The position numbers were made by a program, and so were the translations under genes. Of a stretch of DNA of 64,000 bases, positions 45,251 through 54,663 are shown piece by piece; the stretch's first letter is position 1, and every line of letters starts with the position of its first letter. Under the pieces are notes generated by a model. It was not told the origin of the DNA. It ran no database searches and saw nothing but the letters and a program-made list of their open reading frames with translations. This stretch comes from Gemmatimonadota bacterium (GTDB lineage: Bacteria > Gemmatimonadota > Gemmatimonadetes > JACCXV01 > JAHWKZ01), in assembly GCA_033722155.1 (NCBI GenBank), contig JAWVZN010000003.1, forward strand, positions 24,845-88,844, read 5' to 3'.

Positions 45251-46626
45251 GCCCCGAGGCTTCTCGCGAGCCGGTCCAGCGCCCGCCGGGCCTTCGGGTC
45301 CGCCACCGCCTCCCGGGCGGCGTCGATCCGGGAACGGAGGTGGGAGGCGGAGGGAGGCGGCGGAGAACCCGCATCGAGGGACGCGGTCAGCGCCGCGTCC
45401 CGCGGGGTGGTCGCCCGGCGGTAGGTCGCCTCCACCTCGTCCCCCTCCAGCGCCTCGGCGATCCCGATCGCCTCGGCGGTCCCCACGGCGTCCTCCTCCA
45501 GCCGAGCGGCGAGCCGGCGCGCCTCCTCGAGACCGCGGTCCACGTCGCCGGCCTCGATCTCCGCGTCCGCGAAGTGCCATCCCGCCCCCCGGAGGCGCCG
45601 CACCACCTGCAGCCGCTCGGCCCGGGCCAGCGCCCGGGTGGAGAGGGCCTGCCACAGCTCCCCCAGCTCCGGCCGCTCCGCGTCCCCGGCGAGACGCTCG
45701 TACACCTCGCTGGCGACCCGCTCCCTGCGGGAGAGGGTGTCGATCACGTAGGTCGTCTCGAGAACCGGGTCGACGTGGACGAAGGCGCGGTCGATCCGCG
45801 GGAGCCGTTCGATCTCGTCGGCCACCTCCTCGGCAACGTCGTGGCTCCGCAGCGTCGACAGCTCCTGGTCGACCTCGATGTGCGCCTCCACGTGGACGCG
45901 GTGCCCCACGTAGTGGGCCCGGACGTCGTGGACCCCCCGCACCCCGACCGCGCCGAGGGCGACCCGGCGGATCCGCCCGACCAGCTCGGCGCCGGGGCTC
46001 TTCCCCATCAGGTAGTCGATGTTCTGACGGCCGAACCGGTAGCCCCCCCACACGATCCACACCCCCACCCCCATTCCGGCCAGGGGATCGAGGGAGGTCC
46101 AGCCGAGGACGGCGGCGGTGACCCCCACGAGGGCGGCCAGGGACGTCCAGATGTCGTTCTCGCACTCCACCGCGTTGGCGAGGATCGCCGGGCTCTCCAG
46201 CGCCTCCCCCCGGCGCCGGAGGTAGCGGGCGAGCGCCAGGTTCCCGGCCATCGAGAACAGCAGCGCGCCGATGGCCCATCCGGGCAGCCCGATGGGCTCC
46301 GGCGTGCCGATCAGCCGCTCGATCGCCGCCCGGAAGATCTCGAAACCGAGGATCGCGGTGAAGATCGCCACCCCGAGCGCGGCGATCGCCTCCGCCCGGT
46401 GGTGTCCGAAGGGGTGGTCGACGTCGGGCTCCCGGTGGGCCACCTCGACCGACCACCAGATGGCGACCGACGCCACCACGTCCACCAGCGAGTTCACCGC
46501 GTCGGAGAGGAGCGCGATCGATCCGCTGAAGAAGCCGATCGTCCCCTTCACCGCGAAGAGCAGCGTATTGCCGGCGATCCCCACCCCGGTGGCTCGCCGG
46601 GCGCGGGCGTGACGGGAGCGTGTCAC
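45247..46626 (-). CDS. Cation diffusion facilitator (CDF) transporter with a C-terminal extension of about 170 aa
   Basis: CDF TMD (SIALLSDAVNSLVDV, HPFGHHRAE) and cytoplasmic CTD (VHDVRAHYVGHRVHVEAHI), followed by a helical Ala/Arg/Glu-rich tail. GTG in a GTGA overlap at 46623-46626. Confidence 0.8.
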   Translation of the reverse strand: MTRSRHARARRATGVGIAGNTLLFAVKGTIGFFSGSIALLSDAVNSLVDVVASVAIWWSVEVAHREPDVDHPFGHHRAEAIAALGVAIFTAILGFEIFRAAIERLIGTPEPIGLPGWAIGALLFSMAGNLALARYLRRRGEALESPAILANAVECENDIWTSLAALVGVTAAVLGWTSLDPLAGMGVGVWIVWGGYRFGRQNIDYLMGKSPGAELVGRIRRVALGAVGVRGVHDVRAHYVGHRVHVEAHIEVDQELSTLRSHDVAEEVADEIERLPRIDRAFVHVDPVLETTYVIDTLSRRERVASEVYERLAGDAERPELGELWQALSTRALARAERLQVVRRLRGAGWHFADAEIEAGDVDRGLEEARRLAARLEEDAVGTAEAIGIAEALEGDEVEATYRRATTPRDAALTASLDAGSPPPPSASHLRSRIDAAREAVADPKARRALDRLARSLGA

Positions 46627-47567
46627 TCCACCGTGGCGATCGGGTGCTCCATCGGCTCCTCGTGCCCGGGCGGGATCTCGGGCTCGATCTGGATCGTGGT
46701 GTGGTCGATCCCGTACTCCTGCAGCAGCAGGCGGTTCACCCGGGCCAGCACCATCTCCCCCGCGGCCTCGTGGGAGCACACCACGTGGACGGAGAGCGCC
46801 GGATATCCGGACGTGATGGTCCACACGTGGAGATCGTGGATCTCGTCCACCCCCTGCAGCCCCAGGAGGTCCTCGATCAGGGCGTCGACGTCCAGGTCGC
46901 GCGGCGCCCCTTCGAGGAGGATGTGGACCGCCTCCCGGACCAGCTGCCAGGAGGAGGCGAGGATCAGCCCGCCGATCACCACGCTCGCGATCGGGTCGGC
47001 CACCGTCCATCCGGTGAGGTGGATCGCCCCGCCGGCGGCCAGGGCGCCGACCGACCCGAGCAGATCCCCCAGAACGTGGAGCATGGCGCCGTGGACGTTC
47101 AGGCTGCGCGCCGCTGCTTCGCCGGTGGGCCGGTGGAGGATCCAGAAGGCGATCCCGTTCACGATCAGCCCGCCGGCCGCGACCGCCATCATCGGGCCGG
47201 AATCCACGGCGCTCGCCCGTTGCATCCGGTCGACCGCCTCGAAGCCGATCCACACCACGATCGCCCACAGCGCGAGCCCGTTCGCCAGCGCGGCGAGGAT
47301 CTCCACCCTGGCGAACGCGTAGGTGTGTCGCGTGGTGGCGGGCCGGCGTGCGAACCACAGCGCCCCCAGCGCCAGGCCCAGCGAGGCGACGTCGGTCAGC
47401 ATGTGCCCGGCGTCGGCGAGGAGGGCGAGGCTCCCGGTGAGCCACCCGCCGACGGCCTCCACGACCATGTAGACGGCGGTGATGGCGAGGACGAGCGTCA
47501 GCCGGCGGCGGTCCGACTCCCGCTCCACGATCCCCCCCGTTTCGGGGGTGTGGACGTGGGGGGTCAC
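46623..47567 (-). CDS. czcD: CDF-family Zn/Co/Cd efflux transporter (CzcD-like)
   Basis: SLALLADAGHMLTD, HVLGDLLGS, and VHDLHVWTITSG, the hallmark CzcD/ZitB motifs. GTG start. Confidence 0.85.
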   Translation of the reverse strand: MTPHVHTPETGGIVERESDRRRLTLVLAITAVYMVVEAVGGWLTGSLALLADAGHMLTDVASLGLALGALWFARRPATTRHTYAFARVEILAALANGLALWAIVVWIGFEAVDRMQRASAVDSGPMMAVAAGGLIVNGIAFWILHRPTGEAAARSLNVHGAMLHVLGDLLGSVGALAAGGAIHLTGWTVADPIASVVIGGLILASSWQLVREAVHILLEGAPRDLDVDALIEDLLGLQGVDEIHDLHVWTITSGYPALSVHVVCSHEAAGEMVLARVNRLLLQEYGIDHTTIQIEPEIPPGHEEPMEHPIATVE

Positions 47568-47699
47568 GGCGTCTCCCGGGCGCTCATCGCGAGAAACCTA
47601 CCATGGGCCGACGGCCGGAGAAACCGGGCCGGCGCGGTCGTCCGGGCGGAGCGGAGCGAAGGCGAGTATCTTCCCCTCGCCGGATCGTGGGAGCGGGAT

Positions 47700-47786
47700 G
47701 CCCGGGTGGTGGAACTGGCAGACACGCGAGACTTAAAATCTCGTGGCCGAAAGGCCGTGTGGGTTCGAGCCCCACCCCGGGCACCA
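47700..47786 (+). tRNA. tRNA-Leu (anticodon UAA)
   Basis: 87 nt. Acceptor GCCCGGG/CCCGGGC, loop CTTAAAA, long variable arm GGCCGAAAGGCC, T-arm GTGGG-TTCGAGC-CCCAC, A73, encoded CCA. From memory it closely parallels E. coli tRNA-Leu(UAA). Confidence 0.9.
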
Positions 47787-47816
47787 CCCCTTCGGAATCG
47801 CCCGCGCCGGGGGGTC

Positions 47817-50396
47817 TCAGCTCGCCGTCGCCGCCTCCGACGGGGCCTCCCGCTCGGTCTCCGGCTCCCCGGACTCTCCCTCCGGCCCTCCACCGTCCGC
47901 CTCCGGCCCCTCCGTCAGGGCCACGTCCAGCACCTCGTCGATCGACTCCACGAACACGAACTCGAGCCCCTCGAGCAACTCCTCGTCGATCTCCTCCACG
48001 TGCTCCCGGTTGCGGTGGGGAAGCACCACCGTCCCGATCTCCGACCGTCGGGCGGCCACCAGCTTCTCCTTGATCCCCCCCACCGGCAGCACCTGGCCGG
48101 TCAGGGTGATCTCGCCGGTCATCGCCACATCCGGGCGCACCTTTCGTCCCGAGACCGCCGACGCCAGCGCGGTGGCCATGGTGGCCCCGGCGGAGGGGCC
48201 GTCCTTCGGCACCGCGCCCGCGGGGACGTGGAGGTGGATGTCAACCCCCTCGAAGAACTGCTGGTCGATCCCCAGCTCCTCAGCGTGGGAGCGAACCCAG
48301 GCGAGGGCCGCCTGCGCCGACTCCTGCATCACGTCCCCCAGCTTGCCGGTCAGGGTGAACCCCTTCTTGCCCGGCATCGTGGTCGCCTCGACGAACAGGA
48401 TGTCGCCCCCCGAGGAGGTCCACGCCAGCGCGGTCGCGACGCCCGGCCGCGCCACCCGGCTCGCGACCTCCCGGAACGCCTTGCGGGGCCCCAGGTACTC
48501 GGAGAGGTCCCCCTCGTCGACGGTGGCCTCCTCGATCTCGCCGGCGGCCACCCTCGCCGCGACCTTGCGGCACACCTTGCCGATCTCCCGCTCGAGGTTC
48601 CGGACCCCCGCCTCGCGGGTGTAGTTGGAGATGATCTTCCGCAGGGCGTCGTCGGTGATCTCGAGCCGCTCCTCGTCCAGGCCGTTCTCCTCGAGCTGGT
48701 TTCCGACCAGATACCGCTTGGCGATGAACAGCTTCTCGCGATCGGTGTAGCCGGGCAGCCGGATGATCTCCATCCGGTCCTGCAGGGCCGGGTGGATCGT
48801 CTCGAGGACGTTCGCGGTGCCGATGAACAAGACGTTGGAGAGATCCAGCGGCAGGTCGAGGTAGTGGTCGCGGAACGTGTCGTTCTGCTCGGGATCGAGG
48901 ACCTCGAGCAGGGCGCTGGAGGGGTCGCCGCGGAAGTCGGCGCCCACCTTGTCGATCTCGTCCAGCATGAAGACCGGGTTGTTCACCCCCACCCGCTTGA
49001 GCGACTGCACGATCCGGCCCGGCATGGCGCCGATGTAGGTGCGCCGGTGGCCCCGGATCTCGGCCTCGTCCCGCATCCCCCCCAGCGACATCCGGACGAA
49101 TTCCCTCCCCATCGCCCGCGCGATCGACCGCCCGAGGGACGTCTTGCCCACTCCGGGGGGGCCGACGAAGCACAGGATCGGGCCCTTCATCTCCGCCTTC
49201 AGCTTGCGCACCGCCAGGTACTCGAGGATCCGGTCCTTGATCTCCTGAAGGTCGTAGTGGTCCTCGTCGAGCACCTCGCGAGCGTGATCGAGCTCCAGCC
49301 GGTCCTCCGTCCCCCTGGTCCACGGCACCTCGCACAGCCAGTCGATGTAGTTCATGATGACCGAGTACTCGGGGCTCGCGGAGGGGACGTTCTGGAGCCG
49401 CTCCAGCTGCTCTTCGGCGGCCTCCATCACGTAGTCGGGAACCTCGGCCTCCTCGAGGCAATCGCGGAGCCGCTCGATCTCCCGCTCCTCGTCGGGGGTC
49501 TCCCCGAGCTCCTCCTTGATCGCCTTCAGCTGCTGGCGCAGGTAGTACTCGCGCTGCTTCTCCTGGATCTCCTCGTCGACCTGACTCTTGATCTCGCCGC
49601 CGATCTGGAGCACGTGGAGCTCCTGACGAAGCGCCTCGACGACGGTCATCAGCTTCTCCGCGAGGTCGTCGCTCTCGAGCACCTTCTGCTTCTCTTCGAG
49701 ATCCATCCGGACCATCGAGGCGATCAGATAGGCGAACTTCGCGGGGTCGGTGAGCTGCCGGATCGCCTGCTGCAGCTCGTCGGGCAGATAGCTGCTGGCG
49801 GCGATGACGCCCTCGGCGAGCTCGTACCCCTCCCGGAGCAGCGCCTCGACCCGGTCGGAGCGCTCCTCCTGGGGCTCGGGGAGCACCAGGATCGACGCCT
49901 CCAGGAAGGGATCGGATCGGGTGAGCTCGAGGATCCGGAACCGGCTCACCCCCTGCACCAGCAGCCGCATCCTTCCCTCCGGCTGCTTGACGAGCCGGTG
50001 GATGACCCCCACGGTGCCGACGTCGTGGATCTCCTCGCGTCCGATCCGCTCCGGGCGCTCCTCCTCCCCTGCTTCCCCCTCGCTCTCCCCCTCCTCCGTT
50101 TCGCGCCGGGCCACGACCCCGACCATCCGGGAGCCCCGCATCGCCTCGTCGACGGCGGCGATCATCCGCTCGTCGTCGGTGGACAGCGGGACGATCGTGT
50201 ACGGGTACAGCACGAGGCCCGGGACGGCGAGCAGGGGGAGGGTGTCGGGAATCGAGGAGAGGTCGACGTCCATGTCGGTGTCCTCCACGCCGGAGGCGGG
50301 ATGGGCCATCGCCGCCCCCTCCCCGGCGCCCTCGGACTCCCCGTTCCCGGGCTCGGCCGCTTCGAGGTCTTCGTCCTGGACGGGATCGTCGGACAT
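47817..50396 (-). CDS. lon: ATP-dependent Lon protease
   Basis: LON N-domain, AAA+ module (GPPGVGKTS), and proteolytic domain (PKDGPSAG). 859 aa with an acidic N-terminal extension. Confidence 0.95.
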   Translation of the reverse strand: MSDDPVQDEDLEAAEPGNGESEGAGEGAAMAHPASGVEDTDMDVDLSSIPDTLPLLAVPGLVLYPYTIVPLSTDDERMIAAVDEAMRGSRMVGVVARRETEEGESEGEAGEEERPERIGREEIHDVGTVGVIHRLVKQPEGRMRLLVQGVSRFRILELTRSDPFLEASILVLPEPQEERSDRVEALLREGYELAEGVIAASSYLPDELQQAIRQLTDPAKFAYLIASMVRMDLEEKQKVLESDDLAEKLMTVVEALRQELHVLQIGGEIKSQVDEEIQEKQREYYLRQQLKAIKEELGETPDEEREIERLRDCLEEAEVPDYVMEAAEEQLERLQNVPSASPEYSVIMNYIDWLCEVPWTRGTEDRLELDHAREVLDEDHYDLQEIKDRILEYLAVRKLKAEMKGPILCFVGPPGVGKTSLGRSIARAMGREFVRMSLGGMRDEAEIRGHRRTYIGAMPGRIVQSLKRVGVNNPVFMLDEIDKVGADFRGDPSSALLEVLDPEQNDTFRDHYLDLPLDLSNVLFIGTANVLETIHPALQDRMEIIRLPGYTDREKLFIAKRYLVGNQLEENGLDEERLEITDDALRKIISNYTREAGVRNLEREIGKVCRKVAARVAAGEIEEATVDEGDLSEYLGPRKAFREVASRVARPGVATALAWTSSGGDILFVEATTMPGKKGFTLTGKLGDVMQESAQAALAWVRSHAEELGIDQQFFEGVDIHLHVPAGAVPKDGPSAGATMATALASAVSGRKVRPDVAMTGEITLTGQVLPVGGIKEKLVAARRSEIGTVVLPHRNREHVEEIDEELLEGLEFVFVESIDEVLDVALTEGPEADGGGPEGESGEPETEREAPSEAATAS

Positions 50397-50498
50397 GGAC
50401 TCTGCCCTGCAGTGGGATTCGCGTGTCGAAAGCTTTCTACCGGCAGCGCTGACCTTCAGAATTGTGTCCCCCCGGCGAGCCGTGCGCCAGAGGATACC

Positions 50499-51941
50499 TT
50501 ACGTGCGGAACCCCACTCGCTCGGTCTCGGCCCATCCCTCCCGCCCGCGGATCGCGTCGAAGAGCGCCTTCGTCCGGACTCCCGCCAGGATCTGGCGCAA
50601 CCCGAAGTTCTCCACCACGGCGGCCCAGAAGAGGCGGGCCACGTCGCGCGCCCGCGGGTAGCGACGCACCGTGAGTTCCTCGAGAGCCAGCGAGGAGAGC
50701 GACAGCAGCAGCCCGAATCCCACCGAGACGAGAAGGAACAGCACCGCGAGGGTCGGGGCGACGAAGCCGGTGAGGAGTCCGACCCCGGTCAGCAGATAGC
50801 CGGCCAGCTCCACCGTGGGGCCGAGCGTCTCGAAGAGCAGGAAGTACGGGAAGCCGAACATGCCGACCACCCCGTAGCGCGGGTTGAGGAACATCCAGCG
50901 ATGGCGCCACAGGCTCTCCGCCTGGCCGCGGTGCCACCGGCCGCGCTGACGGCCGAGAGCGCGAAGGGTGCGCGGAGCCTCGGTCCAGCTCACCGGCTCG
51001 GGCACGAACACGATCCGGTAGGAAGGGGGACCGCCCACGCGTTCGTTGCCGTTCCGCCGCCCCCGCCACAACCGGTGGAGGCGCACGACCATCTCCATGT
51101 CCTCGCCGACCGTCTCTCGGGAGAACCCTCCCGCCTCGACGAGCGCGTCCCGACGAAACACGCTGAAGGCGCCCGAGATCAGCAGGAGAGAGTTGAGGAA
51201 GCTGTAGGCGATCCGCCCGCCCAGGAACGCCCGCAGGTACTCCACCGCCTGGAAGCTGCCGATCAGCGAGTCGGGGGCCTCCACCTCGACGACCCGCCCG
51301 TGCTCCACCCGACAGCCGTTCGCGATCCGCACGATTCCGCCGGAGGCGATCGTCCGATCCTCGTCGCCGAGGAACGGCTTCATCACGTGAAGGAGCGAAT
51401 CGGGCTCGAGGAGGGAGTCCGCGTCGATCGCGGTCACGATCTCGCCGCGCGCGACGTTGACGCCGGCGTTCAGCGCGTCGGCCTTGCCGCCGTTTTCCTT
51501 GTCGACCACCACCAGCGGGATCGGTTCGCGCGATTCGTAGATTCCGCGGATCGGCTCCGACGGGAGCTCGCCGGTGGGCATCCGGTTGGAGCGGAACAGC
51601 CGGAACTCCTCGACCAACCGGTCGAGCGTGTCGTCCCGCGAGCCGTCGTTGACGACGACCACCTCGTGGTTCGGGTAGTGGAGGGTGAGCAGCGACTTCA
51701 CGCTCTGGAGGATCACCTTCGACTCGTTGTAGGCGGGCACCACGATGGACGTCTTCGGAACGAGCGGCGATTTGAACAGGGCGTCGCGCTCGCTCCGGAG
51801 GAGCCGGCCGTGGTAGCGCTGCAGGGCGAAGAACCCCAGGACCATCATCACGAAATAGACGGCGGCGATGGCGATCATGTAGCCGACGATTCCGATCATC
51901 GCCCACCGGAAGGCGGCCGCCAGGAGGTCGAGCCACTCCAT
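50499..51941 (-). CDS. Processive family-2 glycosyltransferase (PgaC/NodC/cellulose-synthase-like polysaccharide synthase)
   Basis: N-terminal TM, VPAYNES, VVNDGSRDDT, AIDADS (DxD), GEDMEM, QRGRWHRG (QxxRW), and a C-terminal TM bundle. ATG at 51941. Confidence 0.85.
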   Translation of the reverse strand: MEWLDLLAAAFRWAMIGIVGYMIAIAAVYFVMMVLGFFALQRYHGRLLRSERDALFKSPLVPKTSIVVPAYNESKVILQSVKSLLTLHYPNHEVVVVNDGSRDDTLDRLVEEFRLFRSNRMPTGELPSEPIRGIYESREPIPLVVVDKENGGKADALNAGVNVARGEIVTAIDADSLLEPDSLLHVMKPFLGDEDRTIASGGIVRIANGCRVEHGRVVEVEAPDSLIGSFQAVEYLRAFLGGRIAYSFLNSLLLISGAFSVFRRDALVEAGGFSRETVGEDMEMVVRLHRLWRGRRNGNERVGGPPSYRIVFVPEPVSWTEAPRTLRALGRQRGRWHRGQAESLWRHRWMFLNPRYGVVGMFGFPYFLLFETLGPTVELAGYLLTGVGLLTGFVAPTLAVLFLLVSVGFGLLLSLSSLALEELTVRRYPRARDVARLFWAAVVENFGLRQILAGVRTKALFDAIRGREGWAETERVGFRT

Positions 51942-51943
51942 CG

Positions 51944-53137
51944 TCAAACCCGGGCGAGGGCGAGCCTGCCGGTGCGGAGCCGCTCGAGCGCCTCGAGAGC
52001 GGCCGAAGACGCGGTGGCGTGGTTCTCCCGGACCCGCCTCTCGAGCGCTTCGCGTCCGGCCTCGTCGAGCTCGGCGAGGGCGTAGGCGGCGCCCACCGCG
52101 ATCCGGCGATCGCGGGCGTGCAGCAGCCTTTCGAGCTCGGGGACGAGCGTCTCGAGCCCCAGCTTGCCGGCGACCCTGACGGCGGCGATCCTCACCGCGT
52201 CGCTCCGATCCGACAACCCGGTCCGCACTTCCCTCTCGGTGTCGAGGTCGACGAGGACGTACGGCAGCGAACGGAGAGCCCGGGCCCGGATTTCCGGTCG
52301 GGGGTGGCGCAGAAGAGGAGCCACCGCGGGAACCGGGAGGGACTTCTGCCACGCCTCGATCATTTCCAGAGTGACCGCCGCGCGCCGGGGATCGGAGGGA
52401 TCGAGCGCCCGGGGGATGGCCTGGCCGGCCAGGTGGCCCGCGTGCGGGCGGAGCTTCTCCACCAGCACCGCCCGCACCAGGAGCGGCTCGCGGGTCGCCA
52501 CCTCGAACACCCGCTCGATCTCGGCTATCTTCTCCGAGCGCAGCAGCGCCCGCGCCGCCTCGATGCGCACCGCGGGCTCAGGATCCCTCAGGGCGTCGCG
52601 GAGAACGTCGTCGCCCCGACCGCCGTCGAGCTGGCTCAAGCGTGAGATCGCCCGACGGCGGCGTTCCACCCAGGCCGACCGGGCCCGCCGCACCCACCGG
52701 TCCACCAGGCCGATCTCCTCGGCGAGCGACGAAAACCTCGAGCGCTCCGAGCCGCCTATCGAGGCGAGCAGGTCGTCCGCGCACCGCTCCACCACCCTCG
52801 GGGAGCGCGCCCACTCCTGCTCGATCGCGGCCCGGGCCGTCTCCACCTCCCCGCCGTCGTCCGCGGTGAGGAACGTGACCATCCGCTCGCGGACGATCGG
52901 CTCCAGCCTGCGCATCCGCCTCTCCCGCGCGCTGGCGACCAGCTTGGCGACCGACAGGCCGCCGAGCAGGAGCGCGATGGCTGCAGACTGGACCACGATG
53001 AAGGCCACCACCAGGGCCAGGACGACGGATCCGACCGTCCCCGCCAGCAGCTGCCGGTAGACGATCCAGATCGCCACGGCGTAGACGCCCACCACCACCC
53101 CGGTCTTGAGCCAGATCCCGCCTCGTCCGCGGATCAT
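51944..53137 (-). CDS. Membrane-anchored HEAT-repeat protein
   Basis: Two or three N-terminal TM helices, then repeated D/R-P-x-x-(V/I)R-x-x-A-(A/V)-x-x-L units (DPEPAVRIEAARAL, RPEIRARALRSL, SDAVRIAAVRVAGKL, DRRIAVGAAYAL). ATG in an ATGA overlap at 53134-53137. Its stop lies 2 nt from the GT2 start. Confidence 0.7.
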   Translation of the reverse strand: MIRGRGGIWLKTGVVVGVYAVAIWIVYRQLLAGTVGSVVLALVVAFIVVQSAAIALLLGGLSVAKLVASARERRMRRLEPIVRERMVTFLTADDGGEVETARAAIEQEWARSPRVVERCADDLLASIGGSERSRFSSLAEEIGLVDRWVRRARSAWVERRRRAISRLSQLDGGRGDDVLRDALRDPEPAVRIEAARALLRSEKIAEIERVFEVATREPLLVRAVLVEKLRPHAGHLAGQAIPRALDPSDPRRAAVTLEMIEAWQKSLPVPAVAPLLRHPRPEIRARALRSLPYVLVDLDTEREVRTGLSDRSDAVRIAAVRVAGKLGLETLVPELERLLHARDRRIAVGAAYALAELDEAGREALERRVRENHATASSAALEALERLRTGRLALARV

Positions 53138-54663
53138 CGGACCCGAACGGCGCGCTCGAGCCGGGCCACCAGTTCGAGCGGACTGAACGGCTTGGAGACG
53201 AAGTCGGCGGCTCCCAGCTCGAAGCCCCGCAGCACGTCGCTCTCCTGTCGGCGGGCGGTGAGCAGCACCACCGCGACGCGCCGGGTCCGCCGGTCGCGCT
53301 CCAGCGCGGCCAGCACCTCGAAGCCGTCGAGGCCGGGCAGCTGCACGTCGAGGACCATCGCCGCAGGCACGACCCGTCGGGCCAGCTCGAGCGCCGTCGG
53401 GCCGTCGTGGGCGAGATGACACGGATAACCCCGCCGGCGGAGGGAGGCGGCCACGAGAGAGGTGATCGTCTCGTCGTCGTCGGCGACCACCACCTCCGGA
53501 GCGGGCGATCCGGGGGAACGGGACGGGGCGGTGCGGCCCCTCCCCTCCCCCGTCGCCAGCGCCGCGCGGAGGAGCAGCTCCGAGTCGGTCCACGGGGCGA
53601 GCACCGCCGGGTATCCCCACCGTTCCACCACTCCCGGGAACGAGTGCGGTGGACCGACCAGGACCGTGGGTCGCTCGAGACCCGCCATCCCGGACGCTTC
53701 GAGCCACTCTTCCGCGCGCTCCGACTCCCCGACCGCGAGCAGGATCAGATCGAATCTCTCGAGGGCCTCCGAGTCCGGCCGGGCCTCCGACCAGCGGAGC
53801 GACTCGGCGCCGGCCCCGACTCCGCGAAGCGCCGCCACCGCCCGCTCCGCTTCGGGACCGTCGAATCCCACGAGGCCCGCCCGGAGGCCCTCCAGACGGG
53901 CGGCCACTCCGGGAGCGAACGCCTCCGCGGGACCGGGCGAGGCGGCCGGTCTCGCCTCCGCGAACGCGTCCCTCAGCTCCGACAGGCGCTCTCGCGCCGC
54001 CGACAGATCGCCGGCCGCCACCAGGGCCTCGAGCTCCCGCGCCAGGGCGCTGATCCTTGGATATCCCAGCGTGCCGCCCCGGCCCGCCCACCGGTGGGCC
54101 GCCCTGCGGATCGCCTTCGAGGGAGTCTCGGCATCGAACTCGTCCAACAGGTCGGGCGCCCGGCGTCGACCTTCGTCGAGGAATCGGGCGCGAAGGTCGA
54201 TCAGCACCGGGGACTCCGCGGGAGGGCCGACCCGATCGTCCAGGCAGCCGACCAGGGCCTCGAGCACCGACTCGAAGCCCGGCCGACGCGCCACGATCGC
54301 GTCGGCTCCCGCCTTCCGGGCGAGCAGCCCGTCGCTCTCCTCCTCCATGTCGTGGCTCGTGAAGAGGATCAGCGGGATCGTTGCGAGGCCGAGCTCGTCG
54401 CGGATTCGCCGGGCGAGCTCGAATCCGTCGCTTCGCGGGAGGACCACGTCCAGCAGCGCCGCGCAGGGGGGGTCGGCGGCGATCGCGCGGAGGCCGTCGC
54501 CGGCGTCGGCGGCGACGACGGGCTCGAAGCCGAGCCCCCGGAGCCTCTCCGCGAGGAGCCGGCGCTGGACCGCGCTGTCGTCGACGACCACCACCCGTCG
54601 ACCCCGGCCCGGAGTGCCGGAGGGCAGCGCGGACGCTCCCGAAAGGGCGTCGCTCTCGCTCAC
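53134..54663 (-). CDS. Multi-domain phosphorelay protein: REC - HPt-like - degenerate REC-like - REC
   Basis: N-terminal REC (VVVVDDS...LLDVVLP...), HPt-like AAHRWAGRGGTLG, a middle flavodoxin-like segment lacking the acidic pocket, and a C-terminal REC (VVVADDD...VLDVQLPGLDG...SKPF). GTG in a GTGA overlap at 54660-54663. Confidence 0.7.
   Translation of the reverse strand: MSESDALSGASALPSGTPGRGRRVVVVDDSAVQRRLLAERLRGLGFEPVVAADAGDGLRAIAADPPCAALLDVVLPRSDGFELARRIRDELGLATIPLILFTSHDMEEESDGLLARKAGADAIVARRPGFESVLEALVGCLDDRVGPPAESPVLIDLRARFLDEGRRRAPDLLDEFDAETPSKAIRRAAHRWAGRGGTLGYPRISALARELEALVAAGDLSAARERLSELRDAFAEARPAASPGPAEAFAPGVAARLEGLRAGLVGFDGPEAERAVAALRGVGAGAESLRWSEARPDSEALERFDLILLAVGESERAEEWLEASGMAGLERPTVLVGPPHSFPGVVERWGYPAVLAPWTDSELLLRAALATGEGRGRTAPSRSPGSPAPEVVVADDDETITSLVAASLRRRGYPCHLAHDGPTALELARRVVPAAMVLDVQLPGLDGFEVLAALERDRRTRRVAVVLLTARRQESDVLRGFELGAADFVSKPFSPLELVARLERAVRVR

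Noticed and set aside
21198-47700. Possibility that the EPS and metal clusters form a tRNA-flanked genomic island (tRNA-Cys on one side, tRNA-Leu on the other)
   Set aside because: There is no integrase, recombinase or transposase. I found no direct repeat of a tRNA 3' end. Base composition and codon style look the same as in the flanking housekeeping genes. This cannot be supported from this window.
46620-52085. 1821-aa plus-strand ORF spanning czcD, tRNA-Leu, lon and the GT2. Similar giants occur at 54995-58387, 39849-42989, 35884-37530 and 15157-17706.
   Set aside because: Each would run straight through a tRNA gene and/or lie antisense to well-supported genes. Composition is dominated by R, P, G, E, D, L and H repeats without motifs. 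No start or RBS support was seen.
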